64,000 bases of DNA from Mizuhopecten yessoensis (taxonomy: Eukaryota): NCBI RefSeq assembly GCF_002113885.1, contig NW_018408802.1:419706-483705 (forward strand), written 5' to 3'. The notes beneath the pieces are model-generated. The model searched no databases, was not told where the DNA came from, and saw only the letters and a list, made by a program, of their open reading frames with translations. Both the position numbers and the translations under genes were made by a program. Shown here piece after piece: positions 27,135 to 39,918 of this stretch (its first letter is position 1; each line of letters opens with the position of its first letter).

Positions 27135-27430
27135 CTGAACTGGGTCGACCAGGAAGGTTGAGTGGTTAGAGCATTTATTTAGAGCTCAGAGGTCCTGGTC
27201 TGGCCATCGCATGCTTTCTTTTCTATTACATTTGTTGCCGAACTACATGTAAGTATACCCAGGGAAGTTGAGATAGTGTCTTGTATGGCCTCCAGTTTGA
27301 AGGATGAAGGAATGTAGCAGAACTGGACTGGGTGGATCGTAGTTGACCGAGTAGCTCAATCGGTTACAGCATCCTCATAGAGCTATGAGGTCCCAGGTTC
27401 AAATCTTGCTTGCTGTTGCATTCTGCTTTT
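27135..27430 (+). mobile_element. tRNA-like repeat head(s) abutting the satellite
   Basis: GTAGCTCAATCGGTTA (A-box) and GGTTCAAATC (B-box) at about 27350-27405, with a more degenerate copy at about 27140-27235. Confidence 0.6.
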
Positions 27431-30400
27431 CCTGTTACGATAAGATGTGTGGGGTATTGTGCTGTTCTTGTTAGGATAAGATGTGTGGAGGATTGTGCTG
27501 TCCTTGTTAGGATAAGATGTGTTGGGTATTGTGCTGTCCTTGTTACGATAAGTTGTGTGGGGTATTGTGCTGTCCTTGCTAGGATAAGATGTGTGGAGTA
27601 TTGTGCTGTCCTTGTTACGATAAGATGAGTGGATGATTGTGCTGTCCTTGTTACAATAAGATGTGTGGGGGATTGTGCTGTCCTTGTTACAATAAGATGT
27701 GTGGGGTATTGGGCTGTCCTTGTTATAATAAGATGTTTGGGGAATTGTGCTGTCCTTGTTACGATAAGATATGTGGGTTATTGTGCTGTCCTTTTTACGA
27801 TAAGATATGTAGATGTGTGGGGTATTGTGCTGTCCTTGTGACGATAAGATGTGTGGGGTATTGTGCTGTTCTTTTTAGGATAAGATGTGTGGAGTATTGT
27901 GCTGTCCTTGTTAGGATAAGATGTGTGAGGTATTGTGCTGTCCTTGTTACGATAAGAGGTGTGGGGTATTGTGCTGTCCTTGTTACGATAAGAGGTGTGG
28001 GGTATTGTGCTGTCCTTGTTACGATTAGATGTGTGGGGTATTGTGCTGTACTTGTTACAATTAGATGTGTGGGGTATTGTGCTGTCCTTGTTAAGATATG
28101 TGGGATATTGTGCTGTCCTTGTTACGATAAGATATGTGGGATATTGCGCTGTCCTTTTTACGATAAGATATGTGGGGTATTGTGCTGTCCTTCTTACGAT
28201 AAGATGTGTGGGGTATTGTGCTGTACTTGTTACAATAAGATGTGTGGGGTATTGGGCTGTCCTTGTTATAATAAGATGTTTGGGGTATTGTGCTGTCCTT
28301 GTTACGATAAGTTGTGTGGGGTATTGTGCTGTCTTTGTTACGATAAGATGTGTGGGGGATTGTGCTGTCCTTGTTACAATAAGATGTGAGGGGTATTGTG
28401 CTCTCCTTGTTACGATAAGATGTGTTGGATATTGTGCTGTCCTTGTTATAATAAGATGTTTGGGGAATTGTGCTGTCCTTGTTACGATAAGATGTGCGGG
28501 GCATTGTGCTGTCCTTGTTACGATAAGTTGTGTGGGGTATTGTGCTGTCTTTGTTACGATAAGATGTGTGGGGGATTGTGCTGGCCTTGTTACGATAAGA
28601 TGTGTGGGGTGTTGTGCTGTCCTTGTTACGATAAGATGTGCATTCTGCTTTTCCTGTTACGATAAGATGTGTGGGGTATTGTGTTGTCCTTGTTACGATA
28701 AGATGTGTGGGGTAGTGTGCTGTCCTTGTTAGGATAAGATGTGTGGCGTATTGTGCTGGCTTTGTTACGATAAGCTGTGTGGGGGATTGTGCTGTTCTTG
28801 TTACGATAAGATGTGTGGGGGATTGTGCTGTCCTTGTTACGATAAGATATGTGGGATATTGCGCTGTCCTTTTTACGATAAGATATGTGGGGGATTGTGC
28901 TGTCCTTGTTACGATAAGATGTGCATTCTGCTTTTCCTGTTACGATAAGATGTGTGGGGTATTGTGGTGTCCTTGTTACGATAAGATGTGTGGGGTATTA
29001 TGCTGTCCTTGTTACGATAAGATGTGTGGAGTATTGTGCTGTCCTTGTTAGGATAAGATATGTGGGGTATTGTGCTGTCCTTGTTACGATTAGATGTGTG
29101 GGGTATTGTGCTGTGCTTGTTACAATAAGATGTGTGGGGTATTGGGCTGTCCTTGTTATAATAAGATGTTTGGGGTATTGTGCTGTCGTTGTTACGATAA
29201 GATGTGTTGGGTATTGTGCTGTCCTTGTTACGATAAGAGGGTATTGTGCTGTCCTTGTTACGATAAGAGGGTATTGTGCTGTCCTTGTTACGATAAGTTG
29301 TGTGGGGTATTGTGCTGTCTTTGTTACGATAAGATGTGTGGGGGATTGTGCTGGCCTTGTTACGATAAGATGTGTGGGGTGTTGTGCTGTCCTTGTTACG
29401 ATAAGATGTGCGGGGCATTGTGCTGTCCTTGTTACGATAAGATGTGTTGGGTATTGTGCTGTCCTTGTTACGATAAGTTGTGTGGGGTATTGTGCTGTCT
29501 TTGTTACGATAAGATGTGTGGGGTATTGTGCAGTCCTTGTTACGATAAGATGTGTGGGGTATTATGCTGTCCTTGTTACGATAAGATGTGTGGGGGATAA
29601 GATGTGTGGGGTATTGTGCTGTCCCTGTTACGATAAGATGTGTGGGGTATTGTGTTGTCCTTGTTACGATAAGATGTGTGGGGTGTTGTGCTGTCCTTGT
29701 TACGATAAGATGTGCGGGGCATTGTGCTGTCCTTGTTACGATAAGATGTGTAGGGTATTGTGCTGTCCTTGTTACGATAAGATATGTGGGATATTGTGCT
29801 GACCTTTTTACGATAAGATATGTGGGGTATTGTGCTGTCCTTCTTACGATAAGATGTGTGGGGTATTGTGCTCTCCTTGTTAGGATAATATGTCAGGGGG
29901 ATTGTGCTGTCCTTGTTACGATAAGATGTGTGTGGTATTGTGCTGTCCTTGTTACGATAAGATATGTGGGGTATTGTGCTGTCCTTTTTACGATAAGATG
30001 TGTCGGGTATTGTGCTGTCCTTGTTAGGATAAGATATGTGGGGTATTGTGCTGTCCTTTTTACGATAAGATGTGTCGGGTATTGTGCTCTCCTTGTTACG
30101 ATAAGATGTTTTGGATATTGTGCTGTCCTTGTTACAATAAGATGTGAGGGGTATTGTGCTCTCCTTGTTACGATAAGATGGTGCTGTCCTTGTTACGATA
30201 AGATGTGTGTGGTATTGTGCTGTCCTTGTTACGATAAGATATGTGGGATATTGTGCTGACCTTTTTACGATAAGATATGTGGGGTATTGTGCTGTCCTTT
30301 TTACGATAAGATGTGTCGGGTATTGTGCTCTCCTTGTTACGATAAGATGTTTTGGATATTGTGCTGTCCTTGTTACAATAAGATGTGTGGGGCATTGTGC

Positions 30401-32811
30401 TCTCCTTGTTACGATAAGATGTTTTGGATATTGTGCTGTCCTTGTTACAATAAGATGTGTGGGGCATTGTGCTCTCCTTGTTACGATAAGATGTTTTGGA
30501 TATTGTGCTGTCCTTGTTACAATAAGATGTGTGGGGCATTGTGCTCTCCTTGTTACGATAAGATGTGTGGGGTATTGTGCTGTCCTTGTTACGATAAGAT
30601 ATGTGGGATATTGTGCTGTCCTTTTTACGATAAGATATGTGGGGTATTGTGCTGTCCTTGTTACGATAAGATGTGTGGGGTATAAGATATGTGGGATATT
30701 GCGCTGTCCTTTTTACGATAAGCTGTGTGGGGTATTGTGCGCTCCTTGTTAGGATAATATGTCAGGCGCATTGTGCTGTCCTTGTTCAGATATGTGGGAT
30801 ATTGTGCTGTCCTTGTTCAGATATGTGGGATATTGTGCTGTCCTTGTTACGATAAGATGTGTGGGGTATTGTGCTCTCCTTGTTAGGATAATATGTCAGG
30901 AGCATTGTGCTGTCCTTGTTACGATAAGATGTGTGGGGTATTGTGCTACCCTTGTTAGGATAAGATGTGTGGGATATGTGCTGTCCTTGTTACGATAAGA
31001 TATGTGGGATATTGTGCTGTCCTTTTTACGATAAGATGTGTCGGGTATTGTGCTGGCCTTGTTAGGATAAGATGTGTGGGGGATTGTGCTCTCCTTGTTA
31101 GGATAATATGTGAGGGGCATTGTGCTGTCCTTGTTACGATAAGATGAGTGGGGTATTGTGATCTCCTTGTTAGGATAATATGTCAGGGGCATTGTGCTGT
31201 CCTTGTTACGATAAGATATGTGGGATATTGTGCTGTCCTTTTTACGATAAGATGTGTGGAGTATTGTGCTGTCCTTGTTAGGATAAGATGTCAGGAGCAT
31301 TGTGCTGTCCTTGTTACGATAAGATGTGTTGGATATTGTGCTGTCCTTGTTACAATAAGATGTGTGGGGTATTGTGCTCTCCTTGTTAGGATCATATGTC
31401 AGGAGCATTGTGCTGTCCTTGTTACGATAAGATGAGTGGGGTATTGTGATCTCCTTGTTAGGATAATATGTCAGGCGCATTGTGCTGTCCTTGTTACGAT
31501 AAGATGAGTGGGGTATTGTGATCTCCTTGTTAGGATAATATGTCAGGATCATTGTGCTGTCCTTGTTACGATAAGATATGTGGGATATTGTGCTGTCCTT
31601 TTTACGATAAGTAATAAGATGTTTGGGGTATTGTGCTGTCCTTGTTACGCTAAGATGTGTGGGGTATTGTGCTGTTCTTGTTAGGATAAGATGTGTGGGG
31701 TATTGTGCTGTCCTTTTTACGATAAGTAATAAGATGTTTGGGGTATTGTGCTGCCCTTGTTACGATAAGATGTGTGGGGTATTGTGCTGTCCTTGTTACG
31801 ATAAGATGTGTGGGGTATTGTGCTATCCTTGTTAGGATAAGATGTGTGGGATATTGTGCTGTCCTTTTTACGATAAGATGTGTGGAGTATTGTGCTGTCC
31901 TTATTAGGATAAGATGTGTGGGGTATTGTGCTGTCCTTTTTACGATAAGATGTGTGGAGTATTGTGCTGTCCTTGTTACGATAAGATGTGTAGGGTATTG
32001 TGCTCTCCTTGTTACGATAAGATGTGTTGGATATTGTGCTGTCCTTGTTACAATAAGATGTGTGGGGTATTGTGCTCTCCTTGTTACGTTAAGATGTGTT
32101 GGATATTGTGCTGTCCTTGTTACAATAAGATGTGTGGGGTATTGTGCTGTCCTTGTTACGATAAGAGGTGTGGGGTATTGTGCTGTCCTTGTTAGGATAA
32201 TATCTCAGGAGTATTGTGCTGTCCTTGTTACGATAAGATGTGTGGGATATTGTGCTGTCCTTGTTAGGATAAGATGTGTGGAGTGTTGTGCTGTCCTTGT
32301 TAGGATACGATGTGTGGGGGATTGTGCTGTCCTTGTTACGATAAGATGTGTGGGATATTGTGCTGTCCTTGTTAGGATAAGATGTGTGGAGTATTGTGCT
32401 GTCCTTGTTACGATAAGATGTGTGGGGTATTGTGCTGTCCTTGTTAGGATAATATCTCAGGAGTATTGTGCTGTCCTTGTTACGATAAGATGTGTGGGGT
32501 ATTGGGCTTTCCTTGTTACGATAAGATGTGGGGGGTATTGTGCTGTTCTTGTTAGGATAAGATGTGTTGGGTATTGTGCTGTCCCCGTTACGATAAGATG
32601 TGTTGGCTATTGTGCTGTCCTTTTTACGTTAATATATGTGGGGTATTGTGCGGTATTGTGGAGTCCTTGTTAGGATACGATGTGCGGGGTATTGTGCTGT
32701 ACTTGTTACAATAAGATGTGTGGGGCATTGTGCTGTCCTTGCTACGATAAGATGTGTGGGGTATTGTGCTGTCCTTGTTATAATAAGAAGTGTGGGGTAT
32801 TGTGCTGTCCT
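27430..32811. repeat. 36-bp satellite, about 150 copies (5.4 kb)
   Basis: Consensus GTATTGTGCTGTCCTTGTTACGATAAGATGTGTGGG; accounts for the Cys-rich ORFs in the ORF track. Confidence 0.97.
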
Positions 32812-32980
32812 GTCAAAGCATGATGTTTCAGTGAAATGACACTTTTATGTAGCACTGCAGTGGCCTTATTACCATGAAAGCGGTCTTCATATGACCTATT
32901 TAGCTGTTGGAAGGACACTAACCCTAAACAACCTATATTAATTTATGATAATTATACCAGATTTTGTCGTCAAATTATGA

Positions 32981-33508
32981 TACTGTATAGCGGTTATATT
33001 TTATGGGGTTTTCAATTTCGCTATATTCACGCTTTGACTAATATCCCTGAATTCTAAACACCAGCAAAATTATCGAAAATGTTAACCATTTTTACGGATC
33101 TAATCACAAAATGTTGAAAATACTTTAACCCAACGCTGTTATGCAAGCTTAAATGAGCTCAAATCAGATTAATACCGAACCACTGGGCAGTCCATGTAAA
33201 AACTACACTTAAATTTAAGTGGCCACAGCATATTTATGTGTATACAGTAGGTGCATGATTAATTGATTACAGTTTACTCCTATAAAGGTACATACACATT
33301 TGATTTTCTTTCGAGTGAAGTCATTGGCGGATGACGACGCTCAGGATCAGGATTTCGAGGTTTAACCCTTAAATGATGACAAGTGAGTCAAAATGCTATG
33401 CACAACATATGGGATTCGGGTGCACAGCAAAATTTAACCCCCGGGAATATGTATTGAATACAAAACCGTGAAATATTGACCCGCCAAATTTTAGGCACTC
33501 TACGGTAT
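32981..33508. mobile_element. MITE with TACTGTA/TACGGTA termini
   Basis: Terminal inverted motifs plus TTTCGC/GTGAAA-type subterminal motifs. Confidence 0.5.
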
Positions 33509-33842
33509 TGAACAATCATAAATCATACTCTTAAGTTTAACAGAACCCTTTAATAAGTGTGAGGTGGTTAATTCTAGCTTCCCAGTTAATTCTACATTCT
33601 GAAACTACAACAAAAAGTAAAGACAGAAAACATAAAAACTGTCAAACACAGTGTCTGCGAAAAATATAAATTTTATTGAAAAAATAGATATAAACTCATT
33701 TGGTACTGAACCAGTTGTGTAACTCTATATACATATCTATGGAGTACTCGTAAATGTCAAGATAAAGGTATAGTACATGTACATAACATCAACAGTAAAC
33801 ACCTGTACAATAGTCTCGGGGTAAACAATCTTTGTACATACT

Positions 33843-34000
33843 TTATAACGGGTTGGATTTGCGATAACTTTATTTTCACACTCCATGCAGAATAATTTAA
33901 TGCATGCTTTATTAGATCTGATCATGATGTGTCATTTAATTATACATTTTGTCAAGAGTGAACCTTTCAATAAAGTTATCACAAAAATTACCCGTTATAC
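33843..34000. mobile_element. Short MITE
   Basis: TATAACGGGT...GATAACTTTATT versus AATAAAGTTATC...ACCCGTTATA. Confidence 0.6.
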
Positions 34001-34081
34001 AATAAATGTATCTCGACATATATTATTTATTCAGTATAAAGATCAAACTTATCAGTAGTAATGAAGTATACCTTACCTGTA

Positions 34082-34172
34082 TTAACTCATTCGCCCCTAC
34101 ATATCTAACCTGGACTTGCCCAGTCTTCGATTTGGTAAGGTTCAAATGTGACCTTTGGGGTGAATAGGTTAA
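34082..34172. mobile_element. Tiny MITE bounded by TTAA
   Basis: TTAACTCATTCGCCCC and GGGGTGAATAGGTTAA. Confidence 0.55.
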
Positions 34173-36122
34173 GCTCACGGCATGTAAACGGAGCTAGCCC
34201 ATTGATAGGAGGGCTACAATGTTATCCTTTCATTCTATTACGCTGGATGTGTTTTCCTACTTCACATTTTTGTAAACGGGTAATCAGCTGATTTTTACCA
34301 TTCCTACATATGCACCTCATCTTTTTCAATGAGAATCACGTTTTTTTTTGTTTTTTTTACAAAATGACTTTCAAGGGAGATAACTAGCTCTAGACTCCAA
34401 AGTGAAAATGTGTTAATAAGGTATATATGAATTATCTCTGTCAGATATCGAAGAAGAAAATGAAATCTGCATTTTTACTGCGAGTACATATTGGACTGAA
34501 ATAATTTAATAAATGCTCCATGCTGGATGAAATTTTAAAACACTCCTTATATTCTGAACAAAAACATGATGCAACATTCTGTTTTGGTTAATTTCAGCTT
34601 CAAAATGCATTAAACTTAAAAACTATTAACAAAAAATGTGAGAAACAGATTTACAAAACAACTGACTCTCTGTTATAGTGTATAACCAGTTCTAGTAATC
34701 CTTAACATTCTAACTAACATCATGACAACGATTAAGATTTGGTTTCAATGATATACATGTATAGCAAATTCACAGTAAGATAGTTATTGCTTGTTTAAAA
34801 TAGTTTTCTGTGAATACAACAAATACCAGGGTATAACAACTGTCAGTTACCAAAATAAGATTAACATTCAAGCCAAACAGACCATTTTGTTCTAGCCTTG
34901 TGACTTTGTCCTATATTCTGAATACATTCATTTAGCAAAAAACTCTCAGAACTGAAGTTGGAAAAGCAAATATACATCATGGTAATTGGCTAATCATACG
35001 TCATCTCTTTTAATAACAACTCTCGATATATCTCTATTGATTTTAAAATTCATCGACAAAATGAAACTTAAGTAACAATTGACTCCAAGATATGTAATGA
35101 TGTGGGAAGACACGAATGTTTCCCATACATACATAGTGTACAATCTGTTTTATGTACAGAGTATGTAGTTTTCAGAGTAATAATAATTCCAATATAAAAC
35201 AAAATATTTACATTATCACAAATCATCAAGTCAAATAATTTCAAAATGAAAGCCATTTTAGTATGCATATTCCTTCACAATCTGAAAGACAATTTCAACA
35301 AGTGCCCTCCTCAAATACATATATGTATGAAAACTCAGACCATGGTCCTCATGTGTAGAACAAAGGAGACCCTGGTTAGCATATGTGTGCAACTCTGACC
35401 CAGGGCCACACTATCACTATATTCCTATCATAATTTGTATTACAGGCCCAGGTTCACATTACCTTGTACAGTGTACAACAGAACTCGAGACCTGGGCTCT
35501 GTTTGTTATGCAGTATAACTGATTCGGCTGTTTTTAAATGTAACATTTTCTGGTATAAAACCTGCAAATGTTAAGCATACCTAGCAAGGCTTTGTGAAGG
35601 CTTGCCCGAAAGCAGCATCAAACTACAAGCCTAGTCTAGGTCCAACCTTATTTCGTAAACAAACAACTCTTGTTTGACCCGTTCAACTGTTTGGATTGCA
35701 ATAAATGAAAATTCCCCTGGTCAACACATTTAGTACTTTATAATACTCACCAAGAATCTAGCTCTGACCTGTACAAATGATGATCAACTGATGCCAAATT
35801 GATTGCATACAGTAATAATCTCATTGTTATTGTATCGCTATTTACAAACATCATACAAACCATAGCACAGCATTTGATAATATAATCATGATTGATATAA
35901 AAATTGATTGGAAAACATCAAAACAAAATATACAGACCATTTCAATAAGTAGCCATTACCACACAACCCTTGACCATATTACACAAAGGGATTGAATATC
36001 ATGGTAAGACTCTCCATATCACATTTATACTCGTAACACATATGTTCTGTCCAAAAAATTCCTAATGTCCTATATTGAAGTATGAGAACTATTTTCATTA
36101 AAGCTTATATGGCATTAAAAAT

Positions 36123-36318
36123 TAATTAGTTCTCTACAGGAAAGCATGCTTATAACAAACTCCAGGGGACGTAAGTAATTAGTTATCTACAGTAACACAT
36201 GCTTATAACAAACCCCAGGGACCTAAGTAATTAGTTCTCTACAGGAAAGCATGCTTATAACAAACCCCAGGGACCTAAGTAATTAGTCTACAGTAAAACA
36301 TGTTTATAACAAAACCCA
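36123..36318. repeat. ~52-bp tandem repeat, about 4 copies
   Basis: TAATTAGTTCTCTACAGGAAAGCATGCTTATAACAAACCCCAGGGACCTAAG unit. Confidence 0.8.
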
Positions 36319-36359
36319 AAAGACATTAATACATTTAATTCATTCCTGGTACATATTGC

Positions 36360-38590
36360 ACTCCTTTCCCTGTTGTCTAGTATACTGGACAAGGTTTTGA
36401 GTACTCCCTTCACTGTTGTCTAGTAAACAGGACAAGGTTTTGGGTACTCCCTTCACTGTTGTCTAGTATGCTGGACAAGGTTTTGGGTACTCCCTTCACT
36501 GTTGTCTAGTATGCTGGACAAGGTTTTGGGTACTCCCTTCACTGTTGTCTAGTATGCTGGACAAGGTTTTGGGTACTCCCTTCACTGTTGTCTAGTATGC
36601 TGGACAAGGTTTTGGGTACTCCCTTCACTGTTGTCTAGTATGCTGGACAAGGTTTTGGGTACTCCCTTCACTGTTGTCTAGTATGCTGGACAAGGTTTTG
36701 GGTACTCCCTTCACTGTTGTCTAGTATGCTGGACAAGGTTTTGGGGTGACTAGTATACTGGACAAGGTTTTGGGTACTCCTTTCACTGTTGTCTCGTATA
36801 CTGGACAAAGTTTTGGGTACTCCCTTCACTGTTGTCTAGTATGCTGGACAAGGTTTTGGGTACTCCCTTCCTTGTTGTCTAGTATACTGGACAAGATTAG
36901 GGGTACTCCCTTCCCTGTTGTCTAGTATACTGGACAAGGTTTTGGGTACTCCCTTCACTGTTGTCTAGTATGCTGGACAAGGTTTTGGGTACTCCCTTCA
37001 CTGTTGTCTAGTATACTGGACAAGCTTTTGGGTACTCCTTTCACTGGTCTAGTATGCTGGACAAGGTTTTGGGTACTCCCTTCACTGTGACTAGTATACT
37101 GGACAAGGTTTTGAGTACTCCTTTCACTGTTGTCTAGTATGCTGGACAAGTTTTTGGGTACTCCTTTCACTGTTGTCTAGTATACTGGACAAGGTTTTGG
37201 GTACTCCTTTCACTGTTGTCTCGTATACTTGACAAGGTTTTGGGTACTCCCTTCACTGTTGTCTAGTATACTGGACAAGGTTTTGGGTACTCCCTTCACT
37301 GTTGTCTAGTATGCCAGACAAGGTTTTGGGTACTCCTTTCACTGTTGTCTCGTATACTGGACAAGGTTTTGGGTACTCCCTTCACTGTTGTCTAGTGTAC
37401 TGGACAAGGTTTTGGGTACTCCTTTCACTGTTGTATAGTATGCCAGACAAGGTTTTGGGTACTCCCATCACTGTTGTCTAGTATGCTGGACAAGGTTTTG
37501 GGTATTCCCTTCACTGTTGTCTAGTATACTAAACAAGGTTTTGGGTAATCCCTTCACTGTTGTCTAGTATGCTGGACAAGGGTTTGGGTACTCCCTTCAC
37601 TGTTGTCTAGTATACTGGACAAGTTTTTGGGTACTCCTTTCACTGTTGTATAGTATGCCAGACAAGGTTTTGGGTACTCCCATCACTGTTGTCTAGTATG
37701 CTGGACAAGGTTTTGGGTTCTCCCATCACTGTTGTCTCGTATGCTGGACAAGGTTTTGGGTACTCCCTTCACTGTTATCTAGTATGCCAGACAAGGTTTT
37801 GGGTACTCCTTTCACTGTTGTCTAGTATACTGGACAAGGTTTTGGGTACTCCCTTCACTGTTGTCTAGTATACTGGACAAGTTTTTGGGTACTCCTTTCA
37901 CTGTTGTCTCGTATACTGGACAAGGTTTTGGGTACTCCCTTCACTGTTGTATAGTATGCTGGACATTGTTTTGGGTACTCCCTTCACTGTTGTCTAGTAT
38001 TCTGGGCAAGGTTTTGGGTACTCCTTTCACTGTTGTCTAGTATGCTGGACAAGGTTTTTGGTACTCCCTTCACTGTTGTCTAGTATGCTGGACATTGTTT
38101 TGGGTACTCCCTTCACTGTTGTCTAGTATACTAAACAAGGTTTTGGGTACTCCCTTCACTGTTGTCTAGTGTACTGGACAAGGTTTTGGGTACTCCTTTC
38201 ACTGTTGTATAGTATGCCAGACAAGGTTTTGGGTACTCCCTTCACTGTTGTCTAGTATGCCAGACAAGGTTTTGGGTACTCCCTTCACTGTTGTCTAGTA
38301 TGCTGGACAAGGTTTTGGGTACTCCCATCACTGTTGTCTCGTATGCTGGACAAGGTTTTGGGTACTCCCTTCACTGTTGTCTAGTATGCTGGACAAGGTT
38401 TTTGGTACTCCCTTCACTGTTGTCTAGTATGCTGGACAAGGTTTTGGGTACTCCCTTCACTGTTGTCTAGTATGCTGGACAAGGTTTTTGGTACTCCCTT
38501 CACTGTTGTCTAGTATATATATATATATATATGCTTGGCACGGTTTTGGGTACTCCCTTCCTTGTTGTCTAGTATGCTGGACAAGGTTTT
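36360..38590. repeat. 43-bp satellite, about 50 copies
   Basis: ACTGTTGTCTAGTATGCTGGACAAGGTTTTGGGTACTCCCTTC unit. Confidence 0.97.
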
Positions 38591-39473
38591 CAGCTGTTTA
38601 TTATACCAGACAAAGCATGCTTTATATAGCTGATTGTCTATTCTAAATTATCAAAAACGGCCTGGAGAAGTTTGTGTACCTTAAAAGAGTACACTGTTGG
38701 ATAATCAAACTACTCAGTAGTGAAGTGCACATAAAATCATCCTAACAACAGGAGAATTAATTAATCCATTAATTACACAGTACAATCCTATGATGGTTTC
38801 ATTGATCAATTTTTTTTATCAATATTATTACGGTGAAGCAATTAAGCTTTAACACATGTTTACAGTTTATAACAACAAATTAACGACTAATGTACAAAAT
38901 GTAATTAAGTACAGCTAGCATTAATTCTGTAAAGAGGTAAATTATTATCTACAAATATAACATAAATGTCTATATTGGTGATCTGTATATATAAATAACG
39001 AGATAATGTCAATCACTTAATTTTTGTGAATATCAAATTTCACAATTGTTCATGAAAATTCAAATTTGTATGATGAACGAGAGGTATATAAACATTTGGC
39101 AGATATTCAAATATGTGATCAATTCTATTGATGACGCAAAAATAATATCTTGTGTAAAATATAAGCAGTTTATATTATCTGCATATGCCCTTTGTACTTG
39201 GAATTCATAGTGATGTTCAACATTGTGAATTAACACGAGATATGATGATAATGTTGAGTGTATGCCCTACATATTTCTATAAGTTACAATACATGACATT
39301 TCAATAACGGTTATTACAACAGATATATATAGTTACATAAATGTCCAGGCCCTGTCTCTAGATACCAGAAACAAGAAGGTTTAAGAATTATATCACTGCA
39401 ATGTCCAATTAGATTACATTTAACAATAGAGTTTTTGATACATGCATTGTGATTTCCCTCGAGACCATTAACA

Positions 39474-39778
39474 TTGTCCCTAAAGATCACAAATATCATG
39501 ATATTCAATTTTCATCACGACCTTTTCCCTCAAAATCACAGATACATGTACTGTATCTTCATGTATATTGAGACCACCAATATAATGATATCAGATCTTC
39601 ATCATCGTGGCTTTGTCCCTTGAGACCACCAATATAATGATATTAGATATTCATCATCGTGGCTTTGTCCCTGTAGACCACTGATATGATATTCGATTTT
39701 CATCATCATTGCTATGTCCCTTGAGACCACAGATTTGATGATCAGATTTTCATCATGGCGATGTCCTTGGAAACTACA
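39474..39778 (-). repeat. ~50-bp degenerate tandem repeat whose first unit is the end of the OTUD3 CDS
   Basis: Minus-strand unit GTGGTCTCAAGGGACAWAGC..ATGATGAARATCTRATATCA, about 5-6 copies. Confidence 0.8.
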
Positions 39779-39918
39779 GTCACAACACCTTCATCCTCTG
39801 AGTCTGGCTGAGTAGGGTTAATTCCAAGCACTCTTTGTTTGTGGCGTTCCTCTGCTCTCTTCTTCTTTTCCAATTTCTTCTGTTCTTTCTTTTGTTTATT
39901 GGATATGGTTATTATGCT
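39742..39918 (-). CDS. OTUD3: OTUD3 terminal exon
   Basis: [27 protein letters not shown]...[14 protein letters not shown]. Confidence 0.88.
   Translation of the reverse strand, partial: SIITISNKQKKEQKKLEKKKRAEERHKQRVLGINPTQPDSEDEGVVTVVSKDIAMMKI

Noticed and set aside
27345-27420. Functional tRNA gene (also 1872-1940 and 10545-10617)
   Set aside because: A- and B-boxes are present but acceptor and anticodon stems do not close properly, and the flanks are SINE- or repeat-like.
27410-32839. Long Cys-rich ORFs (CVGYCAVLVTIR and MCGVLCCPCYDK repeats) resembling keratin-associated or metallothionein-like proteins
   Set aside because: They are a by-product of a 36-bp unit that is open in several frames on both strands. 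Frames switch at random indels, and there is no signal peptide or unique coding flank.
36360-38590. Regular arrays (also 59956-60868 and 61941-62346) as CRISPR arrays
   Set aside because: Units are head-to-tail with no unique spacers, there are no cas genes, and the context is eukaryotic.
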